64,000 nt of DNA from Chrysomallon squamiferum. Taxonomy: Eukaryota > Animalia > Mollusca. Location of the stretch: positions 19,530,001 through 19,594,000 of the forward strand of contig CM022670.1 of NCBI GenBank assembly GCA_012295275.1, read 5' to 3'. The first letter of the stretch is position 1. Every line of letters begins with the position of its first letter. This document shows, one piece after another, positions 40,855-55,242 of this stretch. A program made the position numbers and the translations under genes. Below the pieces are notes generated by a model. That model had not been told where the DNA came from. It made no database searches and saw only the letters and a program-made list of their open reading frames with translations.

Positions 40855-43800
40855 TCATGGACAGTTGGCATACACAGTAGAAGCCTCAAGGCTCACTAAA
40901 GCCAGATTGCAGAAAAATGTAAAGTCATCCTGAAAAAAAACACCCAAACATATCCAGTGTTAAAAATGCATGGTTGGATAAATAATATGAATAACATGTC
41001 ACTGCACAAAATTCCAAGAAGGGATTTTTTTAACTTTGTTACAGGATGTGAACTGAAAATATTCGAATCTTCAAATTATTAGGAACAAATTAATTTTTAT
41101 TTTTTTAAATACCGTTAAAGGTTATTATATAATAGTATTTGAGGAATGTAGTTAAATAATGATTTGTCTAAAAGTCAGTACAATCTTTTATAAATAACAC
41201 CATCAAATATATTCTGAGGAAAATGTTACCTTGGCAATCTTTACATTAGGAATTACATTTTGAAATCTTCTGATGTTGTTGAATATTTCAACCTCTTTGT
41301 CTAGTTTAATTCCTGTCATAACATTGTTTGCTATGCAGAGAGTTAGAGCATTTTTGGCTTCAAAATCTCTGTAATATAAATAACATTTTTATTTTAGTAG
41401 ATTTTGACAAAGAACATGAAAAATATATAGAAAACTAACTATGGTGATATATATGATAGTTATTTTTTTTTAAATTATTTAGATATAAATAAAAATAAAA
41501 TATAGGTAAACATGAAATTATTACTTTCCAGCATATTTCGTAGATTTTTAAAAATTTATAAACAATCAATAGTTGCCCATAAAAATGACTTCAGATATCG
41601 GTTACAGGTAATTAATAGATAGTTAATCACTATCAGTGTAATATATCTTGTATTGTTCATACCTACCTGTAAAATACTGACACAGGATGTAATCCAAAAC
41701 ACATCTGCTGATCCTGTATCTTCTCAGTCAGAGTGGTCAGAATGGACACCATAGTTGTAAAGTCTGCTGTGTGGCTCCATCCATGGATACCATAGTAGTA
41801 AATTTGTTTTGACTCTGTTTCTTTCTGTAAGTATTAGACAAATTAAATTAAAAATATTTTATATGCAATATTTAATGTCTGATACCTCTGTTTCTTTCTG
41901 TAAGTATTAGACAAGATAAATTAAAAATATTTTACATGCAGTATTTAATGTCTCTTCACTCATGCCACTGTTTCTTTCTGTGAGCATTAGTGTAGGTAAT
42001 TTAATGTCTTATTTTGTGTTGTAATTTTTAGTAATTTCCATTTTATTCCAGTCTTTTTAAGAAATATTTCTATTTAATTCAGTTTCTTTTCTTTCTGAGA
42101 AATATTTTATAAATAAAAATATATCCATGTATTTTCATGTAAAACAAAAAATTCCCATTTATAAATGTAAATAAATAACTGAAGTAGGTCAATTTTAATA
42201 TTAAAAAAGAAAAGATTTCCTTCATTTTTTCTTGTTATTTTTCATTTTGATATTTTTCTAATAAAGAATGATTGCATGGTGATACGTAGTTTAGACTTTA
42301 AACATTCCTGACATTTAATTAGTATTGAACTGAAATACCACTGTTTCCACTTTCAGTACTGTCTCTTTTATTTCATCACAGATCTGTGTCTGTCGAAGAG
42401 TGGTAATTCTTGAATCACCCTGATTTACTGAGAGAGACATTCCAGGAATCAGTTTAGCTTCACTCTGAGAAAATAAAGCTAATCTTAGATTATAAGCAGA
42501 ACCATCCATACATAAAATAGAAGAAAATATAACATTATGGACAATGCTTCTTGTAATATGCATTAATTCTGTTCATGCTTATCATATGTATGTCTTTGTA
42601 GAACAGTATTTAAAAAAATAATAGTATGAGCATATATTTCTCACATGTAAAGATATGCCTGCATTTTAAATCAGGATACATGAGTTATTGTTTGTCATGA
42701 CTTACTGATGTTAAATATCACTTTGTATCTTTGAGTTGAAAGGAATGATCACATGGAAATATTCTTTTCACATGTACAACTATGTTGATACTTTAAATCT
42801 GGAAAAACGTCATTTATATAGTTTGTTACTACACAATAAATATTAATTTGTACCTGAGAGTTGAAAGAAATGGTTGTATGGGAACCATTTTCTATGACCA
42901 TTTTCCAGAAACCTTTTCCTGTCTCTTTGTTATCCAGTATCAACAAATATCCATGCTTTGACAGCTTAGACTGTAACATGAGAAAGAGAACAGATGGAAG
43001 CATTTTAAATAACACACATTGAACAAAATAAACAGTCTATATCATATTTTAGAAGGTTATATTTAGTCTGTACATAAGATAGTATGTGTTTTTCTTGTTC
43101 AGCAAGCAATATTTCTATTTGGGTTAATTTTATTATTATTATTTTTTTATCTTTCTATGTATTAACACAACAAATCATAAAATATTTGTAACAGCTCAAA
43201 TTAATAACCAAAAACAAATATAAATAATTAATCCACTTTATTTTTAATTATACATAAAACAAATTAATAATTAGATGTATTGAGATAGATTTAACAAGTA
43301 TCTCAATCTTACTGGTGGAAGAACTGCAAACATATCATCATGGCCAGTAACAAATACTCTGTACTTTTCAGGTGATTCTGAAATATAGAAAACATTTCAG
43401 TATACAAACAGTAAAGGGTTTATCTTTGCATATCTTTGTGTATCTATGATCTGTGTGTCTGTCTGTCTGTCTGCCTGTCTAGTGAAATGTCTAAACAATG
43501 AAAGACTAACAGAAATAACTCAGTCTCTGTCTGTCTTTCAGGAAAGAGAAATAATTTCTTTATTAAATAATCTGTTACAGACCAATATTTTATTGCTTTT
43601 GTTATTGTTGTTGTTGTTGTTGTTGTTATAGTTACTATTGTTATTTTAGTAGTAACTATTATAATCATTCTTCTTCATGTTGTTATTATTATAATTGTTA
43701 CTGTTGTAGTTATTATCATAATCATCATTTTAATTATTATTATTGTTACTTTCCTCATCATCGTTACTGTTATTATTATTATTATTATTATTAGAAAATA

Positions 43801-44283
43801 TTTAAAATAGAAACCTGCAAATTCTGTTTTATTCAGATACACTATCTCCTGGAAATAGAAATACAGAAACATATTAGAACCAAAAATATAGCATTGCCCC
43901 CATTAGAAATAAAGAAACATCTCCAGCAATTTCTAACTGTATTAGCATTGAGATTGAGCAAACTATTTTGAACAGTTACCACATAAATAGTATTTAGCTT
44001 TTGTTGGATGATAAATTTACACTGTAATCAGTTAAATACTTGTGGAACAATAGCAGAAATATGAAAAATAACCTTGATTTCAATAAATTATTTTTTGTTT
44101 TGTATTAAATACTTGATTGGATATTAAATTTATATATCTTTTGTACATGAACATTTTCTTCTAATATGTACAGAAAGACATTTGATATCATTCACTTGTT
44201 TTATTTCAATTTTATATGAAACTATTATGTGGCATTCTAATCATAATCTGATCTATAAAACATTTTGTTTGAATATATTTTAC

Positions 44284-44342
<59 letters not shown>

Positions 44343-47011
44343 TCTTTGTTTTAGCTAACTTATTATTATTGTTTTTAAAAAAAAATTAAGAAGTACTGGG
44401 GTGATGTATAATGATTCATCTGATCACTTGGATCTTTGGAACATTTAATTTAATTATTTTATTATTTAATAAAATTTTACTGTTATAAGGTGTTCACCTG
44501 TGCCAGATTATCCACAGTTTTCTTTCCCATAATCATTGCCCCTTTGTTTAGTGTGTAGAGATGCTGATAATCAGCATTGGTTCACAGCTGTGTTTCCATG
44601 GTTACACAGCTCTATCAGTGTCAGGAAAATGCATTCATACTGCTCCTGTGTTGATAAAACACAATTAATTAATTTGATAATAAAACTAATAATTATTCTT
44701 ATAATCATTCTAAAGATGATGATGGTGATAATAATAATGATGATTAAGATGATAATGTTGATGCTTATGAAGATAATGTTAAAGATACTACTAATAATAA
44801 TTTGAAGGAAAAATTGAAAAACTACAAATTAGTACTAAAGAAAAGGAAATTAACAGAAAACAATGCAACCCCCCACAAAACCCCATAAAAAACAAAACAA
44901 TATACAAATAAAAAACAATAAAAATCCCAACCAAAAGCAAAAAATCAAAACAATTAAAAAAATTGCATCCAAAAACCCATTAAAAAAAAATGCAAATTAG
45001 AATACTGGGTCATTATAAAGTATAATTTTAAAAAGGAATTCATGATAAAAGAGAAAAAATTGTTTTGTTCATTCTTTATTTTCAACAAAATTTTAACATA
45101 ACTTAATAAAATAAATAAAAAAATAAATATATTAATAATTTAAAAAGTTCAAAACAAGTCAAGAACAGAAATGTTCACTGAAACACACACACACACACAC
45201 ACCATCACCCAAAATATTACACAGTATATCATCAACATTTATTAAACAAGATATGATAATTTCATGTAGCATGCATGATCTTATTTTACTTTTGTCTGAA
45301 CCATTCCTTTCCGCTGTTGTCTCATCTTTGTTAAAACATCGCTGACATTGTTAATTCGATTTGTTTTTTCCATCTGATCAAGAAGAATATCCACAGCAAT
45401 GTAAGTACCTGTACGTCCAATTCCAGCACTGAAATGAGTCAAATTATTTTTATGTCATACAGTTTTAAAATATGTTTAAAGATGAGAGAATGAATAAAAG
45501 AGAAAAGGACACAGAGAGAGAGAGAGATGATAGATGGATAGTAGAAAGTTGCTCAACATGAAAAAGTAATAACAGAGGTTGTGATTGATGTAAGACATCT
45601 ACATATAAATAGAGATATAATTAGAGAGAGAGAAATAGAATGAATGAATAAAAACATTAGCTATTGGGGTAAGACAGGCTGAAATTTTGTTTTATGTTGA
45701 AAGAAAAACAGAGAGAAAGACAGATGGAGATGTTTATAGAGAAATATTTAATATCAGGAAGATAATTATACTGAAACTAACCCCATCCCTATTAATGACA
45801 AAGCTATCATTAACTCTGAAGATCATACCTGCAGTGTACAAGTCTGGGACCAGAAAGTACTGGAGTTGTACTGCGCACTCGCCATATAAACTCTATGAAG
45901 TCATTTATATTTGGTACACCGTGATCTGGCCATGATGTAAAATGAAACTGTTGAAAAATCTTTGTCTCTCCATTCTAAATAAATAGCAATATGAAATATC
46001 GTAACTCATAAGTCAGACAAATGAAAAAAATAGCATTTGATATTTTAAAAAATTGTGATAATAATGGAAATAATTTTTTTTTAAATGTGTGTGTGTGTGT
46101 GTGTGTGTGTGTGGCCATCATACTAAAAGATAACATTTCCTATTAACTGATTTACAAAGTGACCTATAAAGAAAACTTCATAGACAACAGAAAATATTTT
46201 CTTAGGAAATAATGAACATAATTACATTAAAGTATATGGGAGACCAAACCAACATTAAACAAAAGAAAAGAAAAAGTGATAGGAACCTGAGTTTTGGTAA
46301 CACGAAACTTTCTAATGACAAAATTACATCTTTCTTCTCTTTCTGTGACAGAGACAGTGAAGAGTCCAAAAGTCATCATCTCATTGTCAGACCAGTATGG
46401 CTCACATTTGTGCTACAAATAATAAATAAATCAATCATTTCAACACATCAAGCTGTTTCATATTAAATGAAGTCAACAAAATGTATAAGAGAAACAAAAG
46501 CAAACCAAAAAACTTCAAACAACAACAATAATAATAATAAAATCATAACAATAATAAAAATAATAAATACCTTGGTTGCTTCAACAAGATTGGTCAGCAT
46601 GATAATTTGTCCACATTCCTGCTCCCAAAGCATTCTCCAGAAATCCTGCAGAGTTACTGTATTTGGAGCTGTATACATTAAATCATAATATTAGTAAATG
46701 TAAAAAAAAAAACCCATAATAAACAAACAAATTTAAAATTAATTTAATAAATATGAAATGTATAAACAGTTTTATTGCCAACTGATTTTGAGAGCTATTA
46801 CAACAGTTAAAAAGCAAATAGAATTAAAGAATTTAAAATCAGTTTTTGTCAGTTCAGAAAAAAATAAAGAAAAATAAAAACGTTTCCTAAAGTAACAATT
46901 AGATGGATAGCTAAAATGTTTTAAAGGTAAAATACCTTGAGCAGCTATATACTGGTTGCTTACTGAATAACCCTGAAAATGAAAATCATGTTTGTATTGA
47001 TTTATCTGTAA

Positions 47012-47055
<44 letters not shown>

Positions 47056-47628
47056 GAAGACCAATATAATTATTTTATGATAGTTTCTGGTATTTAATTT
47101 ATTATCAGACTGAAAGCAAGTTCCATCAACATTTAGCAAAATATATATTATTTCAAAATATGTAAAACAGATATTTATTTGCTCAAGGGGAAGCAATTCA
47201 GAAAAAAACTATATTAACAACATTGTTATCATGTAAAATCTCTTAATGTGCATCCTTTAGATTATCATTTTTGCTTAGCTATCTAGAGCATCAATTTTTC
47301 TAATCAGAATAAAGTTTAAGATAAAAGACTCACATCAATATAGCTGGCATTGATGTAATCAGAGTAAGGAACATCTATCAGTGATGACAAAACCACACGG
47401 TTCTGGTCATCTGAAAACAGACAATATTAGAAAACTTGTCAATGTTATAGACATTTACTTTTATAATATGTTTTAAAAGTTTTATTTTTTCAGTGTACCT
47501 GGATATGCATACCATATAATTATCCCTTGAATAAAAAAAAATTACAGATTTGACTGAAATGCCATGAGTATGAAAAAAACAAGAAGAAAGAATAAAAACT
47601 GCAATTATTGTTATTGTTATTGTTATAA

Positions 47629-47666
<38 letters not shown>

Positions 47667-47681
47667 ATAATAATAATAATA

Positions 47682-47753
<72 letters not shown>

Positions 47754-49371
47754 TATTTATTAATTATTTTACTTGAACAAATTTTAAAATTTAATTTTCT
47801 AATGCATTAATTTAAAATGAAAAAATAAGGATATTTTTATCAATATTTTGAATGAATCAGTTTAAAGAATTTACCAATCTTCTGAAGAAAAAAAGTAAGT
47901 GATCACTGATTCTTGTTGATTACAGTATAGTATGTGGATATTATTAAAGATATTTAAACATACTAACATGGGTAATAACCAACAAATCGGTTCTTGCATC
48001 TGTTTTCTGGAATCAGTGCATACTCAGTTTGAAACCAAAATTCATTTGGCAGTTTCTGAAAACAAAGATATATGTAATATAAAAATTTTGAATTCTTTAA
48101 ACAAAACTTAATGTATTATTTAATAGAAATATTAAAAGCAAAAAAAACAAAGTCCACAAAGATTAATATTGTTCACTGAGAGTTAGGTGAAGCTGACAAT
48201 TATTTTCTAAGTGAAACCAAATCAGTAATTACATAATAATTTATACTATCAAAATAACCCTTCAACAACCACCCAAAACACTATAACAAATCCTCTTCTT
48301 CTTAAAAACAACAATTTCCATTTATATGCTAGAATGTGAACATGTTATACCAATTATTTTTGGTTTTGCCTTGATCTTTATTTTAGTAATGTTCAAAGAC
48401 ATAATTTTAGTAGTAAGTATGAAAGATAATTTTATATAATAAAATGGATATGTACATTTGACAGAAGTTTCCTTCCAAAGAATAATAATTATATTAATAA
48501 TAGTACTACTGCTACTAGTAATAATAAATACTGATTTTTCTTCATTATTATTATTATATACAGTGAAAGGAGACTGCAAGAACTAGGCAAATAATTACTG
48601 GTGAGTTTATATTTGTAAAGCAAATATAGACACAACCATTAATTATTTGCCTAGTTCTTGCAAATATATATATATGTGGTTTTGTGTGTGTTTGTGTGTG
48701 TGTGTACTGGTGTTTGTACATATGGGAATGGGTGAGTCTGCATGTAAATGCCTATATATGTAAGTTTACACAAACATGCATATATCAATACATAAATCAT
48801 TATTTTACTAGTATTGTGATTAATCATAACCTTGAACTCTGCTTCAAAACCTCCAGCTTGATTATTAATCTGTTCTACAACAAGAGGAAGATCACTAGAC
48901 AATATTCCTGTGACTGCTGGGTTGTTTTCAGACGTGTTGCAGTAGACATTCTCGTGATCTTTGTCATCCTCATCTGAAATAAAATAATTCTTGGATCTTA
49001 ATCTATGTTAGGAGATGCAGTGTAATAGCTGTTCTGGTAAAATCACAAATAATAAAATATATTTTACAAGGTTAAAAAAAGCAGAAGAAAATTTTAATCC
49101 ATTAAGTGAAATATTTAAATTTCTGTGTCACTGCTGATAAAAAAAACAATTTTAGATTGATTTTGTCTGCAACACAAGTCCATAAAAAAAGTCATGCCCT
49201 GCTGAAAGGCAACAGACAGAATAAAGCTAAAAAAATAATAAAATAAATAAATAAATAAACAAATAAATATATATATTAGAAAAGAAAATGACAACAACAA
49301 CAAATAATAATAATAATAATAATAAAATAAATAAATAAATATATCTAATAAAGAAAATAAAAATAACAACA

Positions 49372-49418
<47 letters not shown>

Positions 49419-49899
49419 TTATGATGATGTTGAAAAAGAAAATAATAATAATAACAATAATAAGTAAAAATTTCCATTCCCAAAAACAAAATATAAAAAG
49501 ACAAAAAATCTATTTACTTTGTAGCTTGTCAGGAATCACCAATGTTCTGTTTGAAACATTCGTGTAATCAGATTTTACACTTTCAAGTTGGGATTTTCGT
49601 CTTCTGAAATAATACACAACATTACATTTTAAAGACATTAACAAAACCAAAGATAGTACAAAAATTAAAATATGGCAATATTACATACAATATATTGATA
49701 AATCTGAATTCTAGATATTGTTGATAATGCTTGTTAACATTCATGCTATTTTTGCCATGAATATATATTAATAATAGTTTCCTTTAAAGGAAACCAATGG
49801 ATTATGAATAACTTTTTTTGTATGTAAAATGAAAAGTGTTTGTAGGATGTCTGATAGAACATCTGTTTTTTATATAAAATAGTATAAATAAATGTTTGT

Positions 49900-49945
<46 letters not shown>

Positions 49946-52900
49946 AAACAACAACAGTAATAACAACTATAATATAACAGTACTAAGAAATAAAAAGAGC
50001 AACAAAAGCAATATAAATCATCATAACAATGTGAATATAATAATTTCATCAATTGTAATAATATAAAAAACAAAAACAACATTAACCAAAACAATCAGTT
50101 AACAGTTATAATAAAAAAGAAGATAATAAACAAATTATAAAATAAATAAGAAATAATATATTACTTGAAAATTATCAGTGCTATTATGACACACAAGATG
50201 ATAACTACAATGGTGCTTGAAATGGTTACAGGAAACCAGCCTGATGTGGAAGAAGCTGCCTCTGCAATCAAGGGTGTGATAGACATTAAAAAGAAATCTG
50301 CAGACATAGAGTGAAACATTAAATCCTAAAGGATCTTTTGCCTTTTCAAAAAAATGTCAGTATACAATGTATTTTAATAAAATCTAATGATCTTACCAGT
50401 TAAAAATATCCAATTTCATTAATAAAGAGAACTAAACAACAGAAAAATGCATTGTCATAAATTTGTGTTCCTTTTTGTTTATTTTCTATAATTATATACT
50501 TTAGTAAAAATATGATAAAAAGCATTATTCACATATTTATCACAGGCATTGTAACAGTGTTTATGATATGTTTCATGTGGATATACCAAAAAAGATTTAT
50601 TTTAAATATAATAATTTTTTTTATCAGATATCAACAGTAATGCTGAATGATATTTGTATAACACAGCAGATAAATCTGAAATCTCCAAAGTATTTAAGGA
50701 AAGTTTCACTCTGATTAAAATGTGGAGAAATGATGTGTTTACTAGAGATACAAGACATCCCAGACCACCCAGCTTTGCAGCCTTCAACACATTCTCCTGT
50801 TTCTTTGTCACAGTGACTGGTGTTGCCATTGCAGTTTCGATCAGCACAGGAATTTCTGCATTCATAGCCATAAGAGCCAGATGGACACTCTAAATAAAGA
50901 AATAAAACACTAATATAATTTAAATAAATAAATAATTAGAGAGAAATTAATATATATATATATATATATGTATATATTTTCATAAATAAAGTATTGATTA
51001 ATTGTTATATATTTTAAGACATAATTTTCATAATACTGAGTTAAAAGCAAAATAAGTTGTTTGAATGATGAAGTTGTATGAATGTATTTTATATATATAT
51101 ATATATATTAATGTAAATAATTAATATTAAATGAATGACCAGAAATCATATGAGAATTTAAACATTTATATATGAACAAACAAACACAACATACATACTT
51201 GTAAACATCTGTGTATGCATCAGTTATAAATGTTCATGGAGAAAGTAAATACATTTATTTCCTTCATGTTTTATCTTACTTTCAGTGCAGCTAAGGTTTT
51301 TCCATCCTGGCTTGCAGCCTCCAACACATTCTCCTGTCTTTGAATCGCATGATGAGTTGTCGTTCTTGCAGTGTCTTACACTGCATGTTAAACCACAGTT
51401 AGTACCGTATGTGTTATTACATTCTGAAATGTTAAAACCATTCCATCAGATTTTTTTATTCATTAGTGTTATCACTAATCACTTATATGACCATATTTAA
51501 TATTAAGGATGTTACAGTTATTGAATGTTAAAAAAATTATTATTATTATTATTATTATTATTACATTATTATATAAATATTTCTCACTGACAATGTAGTA
51601 AAAGAAAATTGACTATATAGTTATATCAAGAAATGCATTTTTCTTTTCTTTAACAATAACCATTAGCTTTATTACAATATTTCATAGCACAATACACTAG
51701 ACTCTCACATAAGCATTTTTCTGCCTGATATTTATAGAAAGATAAACAGAATTTTACTAGTTCATATAATAGTCACAAGAAAAAATGAATGTATTTTTTT
51801 CTTCTATAATCCTTGAATCTTTGCTTTAAGAATATTACACTTAAAGTTATATTACTAGGAAATCATTGCTTTACATTACAATGGATCTCATTGTTTTTAC
51901 AAATAATAATAATAATATAAATTCAAGGGATACATATCTTTTTTTAGTTAGGAACTGACCATATAAGTATAATTGTGTACTGTATATATAATTTTGCTAT
52001 TATGATGAAAAAAGGAAAAACATCTCAAAGAATATTTCAAAATTAATATAAGTGTTGAAAGCTGTACCTGTACAATCAGTGCCTTTCCATCCAGTCTTAC
52101 ATCCACCAGGACATGATCCAGTTACATGATGACAAGTGTTTGCTGTGTATCCTTTACAGTGTCGCTTTGAACAAAGCTGTGAACAGTTAGGTCCATAATA
52201 TCTAGCATCACATTCTAAAATGTGACATTTATTTCAATATTATTTCAAAAAAAAATATTATTAATATTTCCAAGAGAACAAGAATAATAACAACACAGTA
52301 ATCTAATAGTTAAGAAATATTTATATATCATTTAACTATACTACATCAGAATAACCTAAAATTCAGTATTCCATTTCATATGCATCATTCTTGTTCAAGA
52401 TGTCTTACCAATTGCATTCTATAACAATATGTCTTTTTCTCTCTCTTTCTCTTTCTTTGTATGTATATAAGAATCATTATCACAAAATGTGTGATATATT
52501 TAATTACAATACATAATATCTTAAAAGGTATATTACTATTTTACAAAAGTTCATTTAATTTTATGTTCACAATTTAAATATTTAATATTAATTTGCTTGT
52601 TATTCTACAGTATATACTTTGTAAACAATCAGATCCTCTCCATCCAGGCTGACAACCTCCAATACACTTTCCAGATTTCTTGTCACAGTTTGAATTTTTC
52701 ACACAATGACGATCAGAACAACTGTTGTGACAGTCAGCACCATATGTTATTCCTTCCCTACATTCTAGGGTAAAATATGAAAAAGGTAAAAAAGGTAAAA
52801 ATAATATATTTAATATATATCATTTGTATACATTCATATGTGTATACGAGAATGTACTCAAGACTTTGTTATTCATTATTAATCTGAACTATATAATAAT

Positions 52901-55148
52901 ATTTATTATAAATTTATTATAAATATTTTAGAGTATTGTATTTTATAAAATAGTATTACTCAATGTCCAGACTAACATGACCAGTTCAGTACACACTTTC
53001 AATATCATTTTATTGATGAAATACAGAAACAAATCTTCTTTTTTAACCAATTATTCAAAAAGCAACAATGCATAAATACAGAAATTTAAAAAGTATCACT
53101 TAATGGAAATAATTCGTGAAATTATCATATAAATACATACATATGTGTTTTCAATGCAGTAATACGATTTTTATTGTGATACTGTTCTGGTAGAAAGATG
53201 ATTCAATAAAAATTAAAATACTGATGTTGAATATTTTACCTGCACAGTCAACACCTTGCCACCCATAATCACAGCCTTTGGGACAAGCTCCATTTGTAGA
53301 ATTACATGTGTAAGAACGATAACCTTTACAATGTCTCCTTGAGCAGGCAAGTGAACAGTTAGCACCATAATGGTATCTATCACATTCTAAAACAGTAAAT
53401 ATCAATAGAGTTATTGATACTCTAGAGTGTTTCGTTTTACACGGATATGTACAAAATAAATATAAGCATAATGTTTATATTGTGTAGTTCTTTGCTTGTA
53501 TTTTTCTCCAATTTTTTTCAACAAACTGATATAGTTATCCATATTCATATTTAAGTTATTCAGAGATATCATAGCTGAAATGTATTCAAAAAAAGACATA
53601 CTCAGCATATATAGGGTAATTAGTCGGAATACTTCTGCTCTTTGAAAGGAAGATCAAACAGAAGACAAGTCCTTTCCATGCAGAAAATAAAAGTTAAAAA
53701 TTTAGTTATTTACCTCTGCAGTCTGTACCTCCCCAACCAGACTGACAACCATTTTCACAGGCCCCAGTAATGTGATTACAACTTGAATCTCCCTTACAGT
53801 GTCTTTCTGAACACTTCAGTGAACATTCAGGACCATATGAATCTTGACTACAAGCTAGAAAACATCTCAGTACAGTTGTTAGCATTCATGAAGACGTTTG
53901 CTTGGAAAAATTACTGTCAAAGATGTATATTTTTGTGTATAGAAAAAATCGTTAAAAGATGTATTAATCTCTTATTCCATGATGATTTTGAGCAAGAAAT
54001 AAATATAAATGATTGTAATTACTGAACAAAACTAATAAGATTATTATAAATGACATCCATACATCAGATTAATTATGATTTGTCCTCTAGCATCTTGCAT
54101 TTAATTTTGCATTGGCGGTGATGGAGTGAGAAGTGTGAAAGAGCAGTGATAAGAGAAATAAGTAAATACAAACTAATACATAAATAAATAGGTAACTATA
54201 CTGATAGATGGATAAATAAATAAATAGACAGATAGATAGTCATAAATAAATAAGTAGATAAAATGATATAATATGTAAAGACAGACATTGCATGAATAAT
54301 TTATCATGTAGTAGAGAAACTGGTGAATGTAAAAATGGCCTCTGTGAGATAGGATGGATTGGAACCGATTGTACTGAAAGTACGATAACTGATAATAAAA
54401 AAATAAATAAATAAATAAATAAATAAATAAATACTAAGTTACTGGTTGTCTATCTGAATAAAATATAAATATCTACAACAACAACAATAACAATAATAAA
54501 ACAATAACTGAATCAAAATTTTCTTATTTAAATAATATTATCAGCAGAAATACAGTTTGAAAATATAAGTAAATAAATAAATAAATAAAAATGATAAAGT
54601 TAATAATGGTAATTACAGAAGTAATTAGAAGAAAAATATAATACAAATGATCAACATCTAACACATGCCCTGATATATATACACACATATTCAGACTCTA
54701 AAACCATCCAAAAACCATACGAAAAAAAATATATTAACTTGTATATCAGGTTGTTATTTAATTCATATTTGTTCTTGTATTCTGCCTTTTTCTTTGCTAA
54801 ATATCACTAAATAAGTGTATATTACTTAATTAAATGCTGTTAGTACATTTAATATTTATATTTTTTAAATAAAATTCGATTATAATCTCTTTACTTGTTG
54901 TACAGTCTTCTCCTAAATATCCGTGTTGACATCCACCTTCACAATGTCCAGATGTTTTGTTGCAAGGAGATGACGGTTTACATTTACGATGTGAACACAG
55001 TTTTGAACAGTTTGGTCCATATGCATAATTTGTTTTACACTCTAGATAAAGAAAACAATAAAGAGAATAATTATCATACATTATGTTTTTCAGGGTTTCA
55101 TGAATTACGTAACTGAAAACACATCATACATACATACAAACATACATT

Positions 55149-55242
<94 letters not shown>

